A stretch of DNA of 64,000 nt from Caulobacteraceae bacterium (GCA_025352085.1 JANXUA010000129.1:1507-65506); one strand, 5' to 3'. Shown: positions 28,958 through 40,365, counted from the stretch's first letter. Made by a program: numbers and translations. Notes: generated by a model from the sequence alone, not told the origin.

Positions 28958-29842
28958 ATGAAGTCTGGGATTTCTCCTATGGCGCGAATGGCGACGGGTC
29001 TGTCGACGGCGTTGCTGGGTTTGATGGCCGGAGCCGGCGCCGTGGCGGAAACGCTGGGCCAGCCGACCGACGGAGCCTGGGGCCTGCAGGGCGCCGCGAC
29101 GCAGATTCGCGAGGACCAAATCTGGTTTCACAACTGGCTGCTGCTGCCGATCATCACGGTCATCACCGTGTTCGTGCTGGCGCTGCTGGTCATCTGCATT
29201 GTGCGTTTCAACGCACGGGCCAACCCGACGCCGGCGCGCTGGAGCCACAATACGCCGATCGAAATCGCCTGGACGGTCATTCCGGTGGTGATCCTGGCGG
29301 TCGTCGCCATCTTTTCGTTCCGCTTGCTCTTCGAAGAGCATGACATGCCCAAACCCGATCTGACCGTGAAGGTCACCGGCCGTCAGTGGAACTGGGACTA
29401 TGAATATCCGGACCAGAAAATCAGCGCCTACACCTCGACCCTGATGACCGAGGCCGACGCCAAGGCGGGCGGCGTTCCCTACCAGCTCGCCGCCAACGCG
29501 CCGATGTATGCGCCGGTCAACAAGGTGGTGCGGGTGCAGGTGACGGCGGAAGATGTCATCCACTCCTTCTCGGTGCCGGCCTTCGGCATCAAGATCGACG
29601 CCATTCCCGGCCGCCTTAACGAGACCTGGTTCAAGGCGACCAAGACCGGGGTCTTCTATGGCCAATGTTCGCAGCTGTGCGGCATCAACCACAGCTTCAT
29701 GCCGATCGAGGTGCACGTCGTGCCGCAGGCGGAGTTTGACGCCTGGGTGGCCGGCAAGGCGCCCAAGGCCGCGCCGACCGCCGTCGCCACGGCCTCCGTC
29801 CAGGCCACGCCCGGCGCCGCGGCGCCGGCGGCGGCTCACTAA
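28958..29842 (+). CDS. coxB: Cytochrome c oxidase subunit II
   Basis: [16 protein letters not shown], CuA motif [12 protein letters not shown]. Confidence 0.97.
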   Translation: MKSGISPMARMATGLSTALLGLMAGAGAVAETLGQPTDGAWGLQGAATQIREDQIWFHNWLLLPIITVITVFVLALLVICIVRFNARANPTPARWSHNTPIEIAWTVIPVVILAVVAIFSFRLLFEEHDMPKPDLTVKVTGRQWNWDYEYPDQKISAYTSTLMTEADAKAGGVPYQLAANAPMYAPVNKVVRVQVTAEDVIHSFSVPAFGIKIDAIPGRLNETWFKATKTGVFYGQCSQLCGINHSFMPIEVHVVPQAEFDAWVAGKAPKAAPTAVATASVQATPGAAAPAAAH

Positions 29843-29868
29843 AGCATTGTTCGAGAAAGAGTAGTTCG

Positions 29869-31554
29869 ATGGCCGACATCGCAGACACCCACGGCTACGC
29901 CGCTCACGCCGACGAGGCGCACGGCTACGGCGGCCATGACGGAACCCCCGGCTTTTTTACTCGCTGGTTCTTGTCGACCAATCACAAGGATATCGGCACT
30001 CTCTACATCATCTTCGCCATCTGCGCGGGGATCGTCGGCGCCCTGTTCTCAGGCCTGATTCGTTGGGAATTGGCCGAGCCGGGCATCCAGATCTTCACCA
30101 AGGGCTCCTGGCTCGACCATCTGGGCGTCATCGAGGCGTCCAAGCACGGCTATTATGTTGTGGTGACCGGCCACGCCCTGATCATGATCTTTTTCATGGT
30201 CATGCCGGCGATGATTGGCGGCTTCGGCAACTGGTTCGTGCCCCTGATGATCGGCGCGCCGGACATGGCCTTCCCACGCATGAACAACATCAGCTTCTGG
30301 CTGCTGGTCGCCTCCTTCACCTTGCTGGTGACCTCGATGTTCGTCGATGGCGGACCGGGCAAGGGATTTGGCGGCGGCTGGACCCTCTATCCGCCGCTAT
30401 CGACCACCGGGCACACCGGACCGGCCATGGATTTCGCCATCCTGTCGATCCACCTGGCCGGGGCCAGCTCGATCCTGGGCGCGATCAATTTCATCACCAC
30501 CATCTTCAACATGCGCGCGCCGGGCATGACCATGCACCGCATGCCCCTGTTCGTCTGGTCGATCCTGGTGACGGTGTTCCTGCTGCTGCTCTCGCTGCCG
30601 GTTCTGGCCGGGGCGATCACCATGCTGCTCACCGACCGCAATTTCGGCACCCACTTCTTCGACCCGGCCGGCGGCGGCGATCCCTCGATGTACCAGCACC
30701 TGTTCTGGTTCTTTGGTCACCCCGAGGTCTACATCCTGATCATTCCCGGCTTCGGCATGATCAGCCACATCGTCTCGACCTTCTCGAAGAAGCCGGTGTT
30801 CGGCTATCTGGCCATGGCCTACGCCATGGTGGCGATCGGATTTCTGGGCTTCATCGTCTGGGCGCACCACATGTTCACCGTCGGCATGCCGGTGAACCTG
30901 CAAGCCTATTTCGTCGCCGCGACCATGGTGATCGCCGTGCCGACCGGGGTGAAGGTGTTTTCCTGGATCGCCACCATGTGGGGCGGCTCGCTGGAGTTCA
31001 AGACCCCGATGCTGTGGGCCATCGGCTTCATCTTCCTGTTCACCGTCGGCGGCGTCACCGGCGTGGTTCTGGCCAACGCCGGTCTCGATTACGCCCTGCA
31101 CGACACCTATTACGTCGTCGCCCATTTCCACTATGTGCTGAGCCTCGGCGCGGTGTTCGCGATTTTCGCCGGCTTTTACTACTGGTTCGAGAAAATGTGG
31201 GGCGTTCGCTACAACGAGGCGCTCGGCGCGATCCATTTCTGGGTCACCTTTGTCGGCGTCAACATCATCTTTTTCCCGCAACACATGCTCGGTCTGCAGG
31301 GGATGCCGCGCCGGAGCATCGACTATCCCGTGGCTTTCACCTTCTGGAACCACCTCTCCTCGATCGGCTACGCGATCACCTTCGTGGGCCTGATCGTGTT
31401 CCTGGTCGTCCTCGCCGAGGCCGCGATTCGCCGGCGACCGGCGCGCGCCAACCCCTGGGGCGAAGGCGCGACGACGCTGGAGTGGACTCTGCCCTCGCCG
31501 CCGCCGTTCCACCAATTCAATGAACTGCCGGTGATCCACGCCGACAGCCACTAA
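29869..31554 (+). CDS. coxA: Cytochrome c oxidase subunit I (aa3 type)
   Basis: [33 protein letters not shown]. Confidence 0.98.
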   Translation: MADIADTHGYAAHADEAHGYGGHDGTPGFFTRWFLSTNHKDIGTLYIIFAICAGIVGALFSGLIRWELAEPGIQIFTKGSWLDHLGVIEASKHGYYVVVTGHALIMIFFMVMPAMIGGFGNWFVPLMIGAPDMAFPRMNNISFWLLVASFTLLVTSMFVDGGPGKGFGGGWTLYPPLSTTGHTGPAMDFAILSIHLAGASSILGAINFITTIFNMRAPGMTMHRMPLFVWSILVTVFLLLLSLPVLAGAITMLLTDRNFGTHFFDPAGGGDPSMYQHLFWFFGHPEVYILIIPGFGMISHIVSTFSKKPVFGYLAMAYAMVAIGFLGFIVWAHHMFTVGMPVNLQAYFVAATMVIAVPTGVKVFSWIATMWGGSLEFKTPMLWAIGFIFLFTVGGVTGVVLANAGLDYALHDTYYVVAHFHYVLSLGAVFAIFAGFYYWFEKMWGVRYNEALGAIHFWVTFVGVNIIFFPQHMLGLQGMPRRSIDYPVAFTFWNHLSSIGYAITFVGLIVFLVVLAEAAIRRRPARANPWGEGATTLEWTLPSPPPFHQFNELPVIHADSH

Positions 31555-31588
31555 CCCGGCCGCCTCCCGGGCGGTCCCACGGATCGAA

Positions 31589-32554
31589 ATGACTGAGCCA
31601 ACCGCAGCGACCATCCTGCCCGCGCCCACCGTGGCGCGGTGGCAGGACTATGTGCAGCTCCTCAAGCCCCGGGTGATGTCGCTGGTGGTGTTCACCGCCT
31701 TCACCGGCCTGATGTGTGCGCGCGCGCCGATCAATCCGGTGCTCGCCGCCGTAGCCGTGCTGTGCATCGCCGTCGGCGCGGGTGGCTCGGCGGCGCTGAA
31801 CATGGCCTATGACGCCGACATCGACCTCCTCATGCGCCGTACGCGCGGCCGACCGGTGCCAAGCGGGGCGGTGCAGGCGGCCGACGCCCTGGCGCTCGGG
31901 ATCACCCTGTCGTTGTTTTCCGTCGGCCTGATGGGACTGGCGCTCAACTGGCTCGCCGCCGGCCTGCTCGGCTTCACCATCATCTTCTACGCCCTGGTCT
32001 ACACCGTCTGGCTCAAGCGCCGGACGCCGCAGAACATCGTCATCGGCGGCTTGGCCGGCGCCCTGCCGCCGGCGGTGGGCTGGGCGGCGGCGAGCGGCGC
32101 GGCCCCGCTCAACGCCTGGCTGCTGGTGGCGATCATCTTCTTGTGGACCCCGCCGCATTTCTGGGCGCTCTCTCTCTACACCAGCGCCGACTACGCCAAG
32201 GCGGGGGTGCCGATGATGCCGGTGGTCAAGGGCGCGGCGTCGACGCGGCGGCAGATCCTGGCCTACAGCGTTGTTCTGGCCCTGGCGGCGATCGCCCCGG
32301 CCTTCACCGGTCTGGGCGGAACGCTTTATCTCGCCGTCGCGGCGCTCGGCGGCTTGGCGTTCATCGCTCTGGCGGTGCGACTGGCGCGTAGCGGCGCCGG
32401 CGACGCCGCGCCCAGGCACGACGGTCTCTATGACGTCATGGCCGCGACCCGACCGGCGCGCGACCTGTTCGCCTTTTCGATCCTCTATCTGTTCGGCCTG
32501 TTCGCGGCCCTGCTGATCGAGCGGTTGGCGGCTTTGGGAGGATTGGCGCTGTGA
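31589..32554 (+). CDS. ctaB: Protoheme IX farnesyltransferase (heme O synthase)
   Basis: KPRVMSL, D.DID..M.RT..RP, KRRTPQNIVIGG, WTPPHFWAL. Confidence 0.96.
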   Translation: MTEPTAATILPAPTVARWQDYVQLLKPRVMSLVVFTAFTGLMCARAPINPVLAAVAVLCIAVGAGGSAALNMAYDADIDLLMRRTRGRPVPSGAVQAADALALGITLSLFSVGLMGLALNWLAAGLLGFTIIFYALVYTVWLKRRTPQNIVIGGLAGALPPAVGWAAASGAAPLNAWLLVAIIFLWTPPHFWALSLYTSADYAKAGVPMMPVVKGAASTRRQILAYSVVLALAAIAPAFTGLGGTLYLAVAALGGLAFIALAVRLARSGAGDAAPRHDGLYDVMAATRPARDLFAFSILYLFGLFAALLIERLAALGGLAL

Positions 32555-32700
32555 GTGATCCCAATCTGGAGTCGCCGCAGGCGGCCAAGGCGCGGCGGGG
32601 CCGCAACATCGCCACCGCTTTGGCGCTGATCGCTTTCGTCGTTCTGGTGTTCATCATTTCAATCGCCAAAATGAGCGCGCATGGCGCCGCCCCCTTCTAG
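32551..32700 (+). CDS. 49-aa membrane protein in the cox operon (CoxF-like); absent from ORF track
   Basis: GTGA overlap with ctaB stop; [49 protein letters not shown]. Confidence 0.75.
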   Translation: MSDPNLESPQAAKARRGRNIATALALIAFVVLVFIISIAKMSAHGAAPF

Positions 32701-33310
32701 CCCCGGCCCTTCCAGCCAAAATGGGCGCAACGCCCGCGTCGCGTTGATCTGCGGCGCCGTGTTCGTGACCATGGTCGGCGCGGCCTTCGCCGCGGTGCCG
32801 CTCTATCGCGCCTTTTGCCAGGCGACCGGCTTCAACGGCGCGGTCCGGCGCGCCGACGCTGCGGCGCTCCAGGTATCGAACAAGACCGTTATTGTGCGGT
32901 TCGACACCAATGTGCGCGACCTGGCGTGGAAATTCGAGCCGGTGCAGGCGCGCCAGACCGTCCATCTGGGCGAAGCCAAGCTGGCCTTTTTTCGCGCCAC
33001 CAACACCAGCGACAAGCCGTTGACCGGGCGGGCCCTGTACAATGTCCTGCCCGAAACCGCAGGGCCATATTTCTCCAAGCTCGAGTGCTTTTGCTTTAAA
33101 AATCAGACCCTGAAGCCCGGAGAAACCATCGAGTTTCCGGTCGTCTACACCGTCGATCCCCGCTACGCCGTCGATCGCGACAACGCCAGTTCGGGCCAGA
33201 TCACCCTGTCCTACACCTTCTTTCCGGCGGCGACCGGCGCACGGGTCGATAGCCAGACGCCGAAGGACGGCGCCTCGCCTCTTGGCGGACGGGCCAAGGC
33301 AAGGCTATAG
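32681..33310 (+). CDS. ctaG: Cytochrome c oxidase assembly protein CtaG/Cox11
   Basis: [21 protein letters not shown]. Confidence 0.95.
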   Translation: MAPPPSSPGPSSQNGRNARVALICGAVFVTMVGAAFAAVPLYRAFCQATGFNGAVRRADAAALQVSNKTVIVRFDTNVRDLAWKFEPVQARQTVHLGEAKLAFFRATNTSDKPLTGRALYNVLPETAGPYFSKLECFCFKNQTLKPGETIEFPVVYTVDPRYAVDRDNASSGQITLSYTFFPAATGARVDSQTPKDGASPLGGRAKARL

Positions 33311-33375
33311 CACCAGGCATTGAATCTATAACGAGGTCGCCCGTGGCGATCTTTGCAAGGGTTGAAGACCGCGAC

Positions 33376-34251
33376 ATGGCCCACGAAGGCGTAAAACATG
33401 ACTACCATCTGGTGAATCCCAGCCCCTGGCCGCTGATCGGTTCGATCGCGGCGGTGGCCCTGGCGATGGGTCTGGTTGGCGGGCTCAAGGGCTTTGGCCC
33501 GGTGGCCAAGGGTCAGTGGTGGCTGCTGGCCCTGGGCGCCGTCGGCGTCCTGTGGACCATGTACGGCTGGTGGACCGAAGTCGTGCGCGAAGCCGACGGC
33601 GGCGATCACACGCCCGTGGTGGGCATTGGTCTGCGCTATGGCATGATCCCGTTCATCGTCTCCGAAGTGATGTTCTTCGTCGCCTGGTTCTGGATCTTCT
33701 TCGAAATGGCCCTGTTCCACCATGTGCGGGCCGGCTCGTCGATCGACGATGTGCGCGCCGCCTGGGCCAATTGGCCGCCCAAGGGCATTGAGACCGTACC
33801 GGCGTTCGAGCTGCCGCTGGTCAACACCCTGACCCTGCTGCTGTCGGGCACCACGGTGACCTGGGCGCACCACGCCCTGCAGACCGGCGACCGCAGGGGC
33901 GCCAAGATCGGCCTGCTGCTGACCATTCTGCTCGGCATGATGTTCACCTCGATCCAGGCCTATGAATACAATCACATCCTCACGGAAAAATTGTTCTACG
34001 GCGCCGAGGCGGTGAATTCCGGCCTATATGGTTCGGCCTTCTTCATGGCGACCGGCTTTCACGGATTCCACGTGATCATCGGCACCATCTTCCTCAGCGT
34101 TTGCCTGATCCGCCTGATCCGGGGCGCCTTCACCCCCACCCAGCATTTCGGATTCGAGGCGGCGGCCTGGTATTGGCACTTCGTCGACGTGGTCTGGCTG
34201 TTCCTGTTCACCTTCCTCTATGTGATCTTCGGCGCCGGTTGGGGTCATTGA
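33376..34251 (+). CDS. coxC: Cytochrome c oxidase subunit III
   Basis: [37 protein letters not shown]. Confidence 0.97.
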   Translation: MAHEGVKHDYHLVNPSPWPLIGSIAAVALAMGLVGGLKGFGPVAKGQWWLLALGAVGVLWTMYGWWTEVVREADGGDHTPVVGIGLRYGMIPFIVSEVMFFVAWFWIFFEMALFHHVRAGSSIDDVRAAWANWPPKGIETVPAFELPLVNTLTLLLSGTTVTWAHHALQTGDRRGAKIGLLLTILLGMMFTSIQAYEYNHILTEKLFYGAEAVNSGLYGSAFFMATGFHGFHVIIGTIFLSVCLIRLIRGAFTPTQHFGFEAAAWYWHFVDVVWLFLFTFLYVIFGAGWGH

Positions 34252-34637
34252 CGGGCGGACCTGCGGTCAATTCCTTCCTTGCCGGCGCGCGTAGCCGGTG
34301 TCCCAATTGCGGTCAGGGGCCGCTGTTCACCGGCTTCCTGACCGTGGTTCAGCGATGCGAGGCCTGCGGCCTTGATCTGGCCAAGGCCGACAGTGGCGAC
34401 GGCCCGGCGGTGTTCCTGATCATGATCGTCGGCTTTGTCGTGGTGTTCGCCGCCCTGTTCACCGAGATTGCGTTTCACCCGTCGCTCTGGGTTCATCTCG
34501 TCCTCTGGCCCATCCTCGCCGTCGCGCTTTGCTTTGCGTTATTGCGACCGGCCAAGGGCCTGATGCTGGCGGCGCAGGTGCGCAACCAGGCCGCCCAGCA
34601 CCGGCGCGACGTGGGCCCGACGGACAACAATCCTTGA
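34248..34637 (+). CDS. DUF983 domain protein
   Basis: CPNCG.GPLF.GFL....CEACG.D...ADSGDGPA; TTGA overlap. Confidence 0.85.
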   Translation: MTGGPAVNSFLAGARSRCPNCGQGPLFTGFLTVVQRCEACGLDLAKADSGDGPAVFLIMIVGFVVVFAALFTEIAFHPSLWVHLVLWPILAVALCFALLRPAKGLMLAAQVRNQAAQHRRDVGPTDNNP

Positions 34638-35368
34638 AGCGTTTCCCCTTTGGACTGACCCTCGCCGCCGGGATCGCCTTCGCCATTCTGATCGGTCTGG
34701 GCGCCTGGCAGATGCAGCGCCTGACGTGGAAAGAGGCGCTTCTGGCCAAGATCGAAGCTCTGCAACATGCGCCGCCCGCGTCAATCGCCGCAGTCGCCGG
34801 CCGCATTGCGCGGGGCGAGGATCTTAACTTCACCCGCATCAGCGCCGCGTGCACCGCGCCCGCCCAGCCCCCGGCGTCGATCTATCGCTATGCGGTTCAC
34901 GACGGTCGGGTGGCCTGGCGCCTGCTCAGCCCGTGTCGCCTTGCGACGGGCGGTTATGACGGGGTGGTCGTCGATCGCGGCGTGGTTGAGCGGCTTACCG
35001 GCGCGATGACTCCGTCAGCCGCCGTCTTCGCCCAACCGACGGTCGTCACCGGCGTGTTGCGCGCTCCGGGAGCCAGGCCGATGTTTGACTCAGGCGGTTT
35101 GGCGACCGCCGGCGGCGTGGCGAGCGTGCGCATCATCGATCATGACGCCCTGATGAAGATCGCCGCCGCCAATGGCCTGCACCGTCCGATGCCCTATCTG
35201 CTGGCGGCGGAAAGCGAGACGCCGGCGCCGGCGGGAATAACGCCCGCGGCCCTTCCGCAGGACATCCCCAACAATCATTATGTCTACGCCCTGACCTGGT
35301 TTGCGTTGGCGGGAATTCTGGCATGGTTCTATGGCGCCCTGGTTTGGCGACGGATGACGACGGCATGA
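34634..35368 (+). CDS. surf1: SURF1 family cytochrome oxidase biogenesis protein
   Basis: GLG.WQ.QRL.WK, VVDRG, NNHYVYALTWF. Confidence 0.9.
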   Translation: MKRFPFGLTLAAGIAFAILIGLGAWQMQRLTWKEALLAKIEALQHAPPASIAAVAGRIARGEDLNFTRISAACTAPAQPPASIYRYAVHDGRVAWRLLSPCRLATGGYDGVVVDRGVVERLTGAMTPSAAVFAQPTVVTGVLRAPGARPMFDSGGLATAGGVASVRIIDHDALMKIAAANGLHRPMPYLLAAESETPAPAGITPAALPQDIPNNHYVYALTWFALAGILAWFYGALVWRRMTTA

Positions 35369-36765
35369 ACTACATCTCCACGCGCGGCGGTGCGCCGCGG
35401 GTCGGCTTTACCGAGGCCTTGCTGGCCGGCCTCGCGCCGGACGGGGGCCTGTACATGCCGGAGTCCTGGCCGCGAGTCAGCGACGCCGACATCGCAAGTT
35501 TCGCCGGTCGGCCCTACGCCGAGGTCGCCGCCGACATCTTCGGCCGCTTCGTCGGCGACGACATCACGCCCCAAACCCTGCGGCGGTTGTGCGCCGAGGC
35601 CTATGCGACCTTCGACCACGCGGCGGTGACGCCGCTCATCCAACTCTCGCCCGGCGAATTCCTGCTGGAGCTGTTTCGCGGCCCGACGCTGGCGTTCAAG
35701 GACGTCGCCATGCAGATCCTCAGCCGGCTGTACGAGCACGCTCTGGCGACGCGCGCTCGCACCCTGACCATCGTCTGCGCCACCTCTGGCGACACCGGCG
35801 GCGCGGCGGTCGAGGCGTTCAAGGGGCGGGCCAATGTGCGCATCGTCGCCCTGTTTCCCGAGGGACGGATTTCCGAGGTGCAACGGCGGTTCATGACCAC
35901 CGGCGCGCGGGCCAATGCCCGCGCCGTCGCCGTCGCCGGCGACTTCGACGACTGCCAGGCGATTGTAAAAGCCCTGTTCAATGACCATGCCTTCAGCCGC
36001 GAAGTCGATCTTTCCGGGGTCAACTCGATCAATATTGCCCGCATCATCGCCCAGAGCGTGTACTATTTCACCGCCGCCGCGGCGCTCGGCGCGCCCGCCC
36101 GATCCGTTCGTTTCTGCGTGCCCACCGGCAATTTCGGCGACGCTTACGCGGGCTACGCCGCGCGGCGGATGGGCCTTTCGATCAGCGCCATCACCGCCGC
36201 TGTCAACAGCAACGACATCGTCGCCCGCGCCCTGACCACCGGACGCTATGAACGCGGCGCCGCGTGCGCGACCCAGAGCCCGGCCATGGATATCCAGGTC
36301 GCCTCGAATTTCGAGCGCCTGTATTTCGAATGCGCCGGTCGCGATTCAGACCTGACAGCGGCCGCCTTCGAAGACTTCGCCGCCACCGGCGCCATCGATA
36401 TTCCGCACAATATTCTCGCCGGCATGCGCGAAACCCTGACCGGCGTCGCCGTGACGGAAGACGAGACCAGCCTGGCCATGGCGCGGGTTCTGGCCGACAC
36501 CGGCGAATTGATCGATCCGCACACCGCCGTCGCGGTCGCCGGCGCGCGCGCCTGCGGGGCAATCCAGACGGCGCCGTTGGTGATCCTGGCTACCGCCCAC
36601 GCGGCGAAGTTCCCCGAAGCGGTCAACGCCGCGACCGGCGCCACGCCAAGCGCGCCGGCCGGCGTCGGCGATCGCATGACCCTGCCCGAAGTCTTCGACC
36701 GCCTGCCCGCAGACATCGACTCCATCAAAGCCTATGTTCGCGCTTTCGTAAGCGAGGACGCATGA
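35365..36765 (+). CDS. thrC: Threonine synthase
   Basis: GLAPDGGL, LELF.GPTLAFKD, ATSGDTG, NSINIAR, PTGNFG. Confidence 0.96.
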   Translation: MNYISTRGGAPRVGFTEALLAGLAPDGGLYMPESWPRVSDADIASFAGRPYAEVAADIFGRFVGDDITPQTLRRLCAEAYATFDHAAVTPLIQLSPGEFLLELFRGPTLAFKDVAMQILSRLYEHALATRARTLTIVCATSGDTGGAAVEAFKGRANVRIVALFPEGRISEVQRRFMTTGARANARAVAVAGDFDDCQAIVKALFNDHAFSREVDLSGVNSINIARIIAQSVYYFTAAAALGAPARSVRFCVPTGNFGDAYAGYAARRMGLSISAITAAVNSNDIVARALTTGRYERGAACATQSPAMDIQVASNFERLYFECAGRDSDLTAAAFEDFAATGAIDIPHNILAGMRETLTGVAVTEDETSLAMARVLADTGELIDPHTAVAVAGARACGAIQTAPLVILATAHAAKFPEAVNAATGATPSAPAGVGDRMTLPEVFDRLPADIDSIKAYVRAFVSEDA

Positions 36766-38030
36766 CCCGGCTGGCCACCGTCCATACCTTAAGCAACGGG
36801 GCGACGCTGATCTGCGACGCGGTCGCGGGCTATGAAACCCTGGCGGTAAGCGTAGTCGCGGGGCGCGGCGCTCGCTGGGAAAACGAAGCGCAATCAGGCT
36901 GGTCGCATCTGCTGGAGCACATGGTGTTCAAGGGCGCGGGAGCGCGTTCCGCCCGCGAGCTGGTCGAAGCAATCGAAAGCCAGGGCGGTCAGCTCAACGC
37001 CGCGACGGGTCACGAACGCACCAGTTTTCAGGTGCGCGCCCTGAGCGGCGGCCTGCCCCTGGCCCTCGAAATAGTCGCCGACCTTGTTCAACATCCGACC
37101 CTCGACGAGGGCGACCTGGCGCGAGAAAAACATGTCGTTCACCAGGAAATCGCCGAAGCGGCCGATACGCCGGACGATCAGGTGTTCGAAGGCGCGCAAG
37201 GCGCGGCCTTCGCCGGCCAGCCCCTCGGTCGTCCGATCCTGGGCACGGCAGGCAGCCTCGCGCCCGCGACGCCGGCCGCGCTGGAGGCCTGGCGCGCGGC
37301 GCTGTACGCCCCCGAGCGGCTGGTGATCAGCGTCGCCGGGGCGGTCGATGAGGATGAATTTCTGCATCTCGCCGAACGCCATTTCGCGGCCGCCGCTCCG
37401 TCGGCGATGCCCGAAGCCCCGCCGGCGACCTTCGAAGGCGGCGTCGTCGCCGAATCGCGCAAACTCGAGCAGGCGCACCTGGTTTTCCTCTTGCCGGCGC
37501 CGGGCGTCACCGACCCCGATCACTGGACCCTGCGCCTGTTCACCGAATTGCTGGGCGGCGGCATGTCCTCGCGCCTGTTCCAGGAGGCGCGCGAGCGGCT
37601 GGGTCTCGCCTACGCCATTGACGCCTATGTCGACGCCTACGCCGACGTCGGCGTGCTGGGCGTCTACGCCGGTTGCGCCGCCAAGGACGCGGGCGCCCTC
37701 GCGCAGGTCGTCGCAACCGAAATCCGCGCCCTGGCCGCGCGCGCCGAGCCCGCCGAACTGGCCCGGGGCAAGGCTCAGCTCAAGGCCTCCCTGTTCATGG
37801 GCCGCGAGTCGTTGCTGGCGCGCTCCGAACAGGCCGCCGCCCAGCAACTGGCCCTCGGTCGCCTGCTCCCCGCCGGCGAAATCGCCGCCGCCATCGACGC
37901 GGTCACGCCCGAAAACATCGCCCGCCTGGGGGCCCGCCTGCTGGCGCCCGGCCGCCATGCGGTGAGCGCGCTTGGTCCCAAGACCGCCGCAAAAGCCGGG
38001 TCGCGATTTGGGGCGGCTTTGGCCGGTTGA
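36762..38030 (+). CDS. M16 family (pitrilysin/MPP-like) peptidase
   Basis: HLLEH (HxxEH), NAATG.E.T, LGGGMSSRLFQE.RE. Confidence 0.93.
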   Translation: MTRLATVHTLSNGATLICDAVAGYETLAVSVVAGRGARWENEAQSGWSHLLEHMVFKGAGARSARELVEAIESQGGQLNAATGHERTSFQVRALSGGLPLALEIVADLVQHPTLDEGDLAREKHVVHQEIAEAADTPDDQVFEGAQGAAFAGQPLGRPILGTAGSLAPATPAALEAWRAALYAPERLVISVAGAVDEDEFLHLAERHFAAAAPSAMPEAPPATFEGGVVAESRKLEQAHLVFLLPAPGVTDPDHWTLRLFTELLGGGMSSRLFQEARERLGLAYAIDAYVDAYADVGVLGVYAGCAAKDAGALAQVVATEIRALAARAEPAELARGKAQLKASLFMGRESLLARSEQAAAQQLALGRLLPAGEIAAAIDAVTPENIARLGARLLAPGRHAVSALGPKTAAKAGSRFGAALAG

Positions 38031-38043
38031 AAGCGGGCGTCGT

Positions 38044-39357
38044 CTAATCCGCGCCCTCCGCCGTCGCGTGGCCACCCTGGCGGTAGACCTTGCCGCCCTT
38101 CATCACGAACGCGACATGCCGAAGTTGCCCGGAATCGGCGATCGGATCGCCGGCGACGGCGACGAGGTCGGCGAACCGGCCCGCAATGACGGCGCCGATG
38201 CGGTCGGACGCTCCGATCAGGTCGGCCCCATTGCGGGTGGCGGCGAAGATGGCGTCCATCGGCGCCATGCCGGCCTTGATCATCAGCTCGAACTCCAGCG
38301 TATGATCGCCTTCGCCCAGATCGGTGCCCAAGGCGATCTTCACCCCTGACCTCAGGGCCAGCGGCATGTTGCGGATCGGCAGAAGGTCATTGGCCAGCTC
38401 CTTCGCCGGCGTGCCCGGCGTGAGCGTTTCGGGGTGGTCGCGCGCGGCCGCGTAATAGATCTCGAATACGCTTAAGGTCGGCACCAGGTAGGTTCCGCGC
38501 GCCTTCATCAGGGCGAAGGTGTCGTTGGTGGCGAAGGCGCCGTGCTCCACCGAATCGACCCCGGCGCGGACGGCGTTTTCAATCGCGCCGGCCGGATAGA
38601 TGTGGGCGGCGACCTTGAGGCCGAGGCTGTGGGCGGCCTCCACGGCAGCGCGCATTTCGTCATTGGTCATCAGCTGGGCGCGCGGATCGTCGCCGCTGGA
38701 GGCTATGCCGCCGGATGGCATGATCTTGATCAGATCGGCGCCGCGCAGCTTGTGCTGGCGCACCCGCAGCCGCGCCTCGTCGGGCGTGTCGGCGATGCCC
38801 GCATCCCATCCGGCGTGCCGCAGGCCGGCGTCCAGCCCGTCGCGCGGGTCTTCGTGGCCGCCGGTGGGCCCGATTGGCTCCAGAGCGACCCACAGCCTGG
38901 GCCCGGGGATCTTGCCGGCGTTGATCGCGTCGCGCACGGCGACGGTGTCGTCGCCGCCGCCGACGTCGCGGGCGCTGGTGAAACCCTGTTGCAGCATGGC
39001 GCGGACGAAGACCGCGCCGTCGAGCGCGCGATCAATGTCGGTGTGGGTCAGCCAGTCCTCGACGGCGTTGCCTTCGCCAGGGAGCTTCGCGGCGATGTGC
39101 ACGTGGCAATCGATGAACCCTGGCAGCACCGTGGCGGTGGAAAGATCGATCACTTCCGCGCCGGCCGCCGAGGTGAAGCCGGGCTCGACGGCGACGATCT
39201 TGTCGTCGTGAATGCGGATAGAAACCTGATGGCGCGGGACCGGCGATACGCCGTCGATCAAGGTTCCGGCATGGATCACCACGTCGCTCGCCGCCGCCGC
39301 GCCGGCGAGGCTCACCGCGATCAGCGCCACGAGCGCCTTCAACAACCCGTTCCGCAT
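38044..39357 (-). CDS. Secreted metal-dependent amidohydrolase (dipeptidase-like)
   Basis: Signal peptide; PGFIDCHVH, GADLIK, VAAH, SVEHG, ALGTD. Confidence 0.88.
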   Translation of the reverse strand: MRNGLLKALVALIAVSLAGAAAASDVVIHAGTLIDGVSPVPRHQVSIRIHDDKIVAVEPGFTSAAGAEVIDLSTATVLPGFIDCHVHIAAKLPGEGNAVEDWLTHTDIDRALDGAVFVRAMLQQGFTSARDVGGGDDTVAVRDAINAGKIPGPRLWVALEPIGPTGGHEDPRDGLDAGLRHAGWDAGIADTPDEARLRVRQHKLRGADLIKIMPSGGIASSGDDPRAQLMTNDEMRAAVEAAHSLGLKVAAHIYPAGAIENAVRAGVDSVEHGAFATNDTFALMKARGTYLVPTLSVFEIYYAAARDHPETLTPGTPAKELANDLLPIRNMPLALRSGVKIALGTDLGEGDHTLEFELMIKAGMAPMDAIFAATRNGADLIGASDRIGAVIAGRFADLVAVAGDPIADSGQLRHVAFVMKGGKVYRQGGHATAEGAD

Positions 39358-39394
39358 GCCGACCATCCCCTCGATGCATGTCCGGACAAGGACC

Positions 39395-40333
39395 CTAATC
39401 CGTCTCGGCGGGCAAGTCCGCAAACCCCAATTGCGCGCGCAGCGCCGCCGGGCTTACGCCGCTGTCCCTTAAGCCCCGCACGGTTTCGGCGGCGTCGCGC
39501 TTGGCGAAGCGTTTCCCGTCGGGACGCATCAGAAGAGCGTGGTGACGATAGATCGGGGTGGGCAGGTCCAGCAGGGCCTGTAACAGGCGCTGAATGTGCG
39601 CGGCGGCGAACAGGTCCTCACCCCGGATAACGTGACTGACGCCCTGGCCGGCGTCATCGACGACGACGGCGAGGTGATAGGCGACGCCAAGGTCCTTGCG
39701 GGCGAGGATAACGTCGCCGGCGATCCCGGGCCGCGCCGCGATCCGCCCGCGCTCGCCGTCCGGACCGGCCCCCTCCTCGATGAATGCGAGGTCGTCGAAA
39801 CCGCCCAGGGCGCGCGCCGCCGCATCCAGGGACAGCCGCCAGGCATAGGGCCGCCCCTGGGCCAGCAACGCGCCTTCCCCGGCGCCGGAGAGGGGTCCGC
39901 CGGCGGGCGGCGTCGGCGAGCCGTGCGGCGCACGCCCGATATCGCCCAGGATGTCCTTGCGGGTCTTGAAACAGCGATAGACCAGGCCCCGCGCGCGCAG
40001 TCGCTCCAGCGCGGCGCGATAGTCGCCCAAATGCTCCGATTGGCGGCGGACCGGCGTCGCCCAGGTCAGGCCGAGCCAGGCGAGATCGTCCAGAAACGCC
40101 GCCGCGAACGCCGGACGACAGCGCACGCTGTCGATATCCTCCAGGCGCAACAGAAACCGCCCGCCGGCGGCGCGCGCCGCCGAAAAGGCGGTAAGCGCGG
40201 AAAAGGCGTGGCCGCGATGCGCCAGTCCCGTCGGCGAGGGCGCGAACCGGGTGACGAAGCTAGAACTTGATGACGTCGTATCGACGTCTGAATCAAGCTC
40301 TACACGTTTGAATTGAGAGCACGATTCAGACAT
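39395..40333 (-). CDS. gluQ: tRNA glutamyl-Q(34) synthetase; start codon lies inside a repeat element
   Basis: FVTRFAPSPTG..H.GH, LRLEDID, YHLAVVVDD, IRGEDL, RFAKR; no anticodon-binding domain. Confidence 0.9.
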   Translation of the reverse strand: MSESCSQFKRVELDSDVDTTSSSSSFVTRFAPSPTGLAHRGHAFSALTAFSAARAAGGRFLLRLEDIDSVRCRPAFAAAFLDDLAWLGLTWATPVRRQSEHLGDYRAALERLRARGLVYRCFKTRKDILGDIGRAPHGSPTPPAGGPLSGAGEGALLAQGRPYAWRLSLDAAARALGGFDDLAFIEEGAGPDGERGRIAARPGIAGDVILARKDLGVAYHLAVVVDDAGQGVSHVIRGEDLFAAAHIQRLLQALLDLPTPIYRHHALLMRPDGKRFAKRDAAETVRGLRDSGVSPAALRAQLGFADLPAETD

Positions 40334-40365
40334 AAGTCGATTCCGCCTTATGTCATCGTGCTCTA
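40260..40365. repeat. Two-hairpin CIR/RIME-like element (family C, copy 1) with three GANTC sites
   Basis: Hairpin 1 TAGAACTTGAT..GACGTCG/CGACGTC..ATCAAGCTCTA; hairpin 2 AGAGCACGAT..GACATAAG/CTTATGTC..ATCGTGCTCT. Confidence 0.8.
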
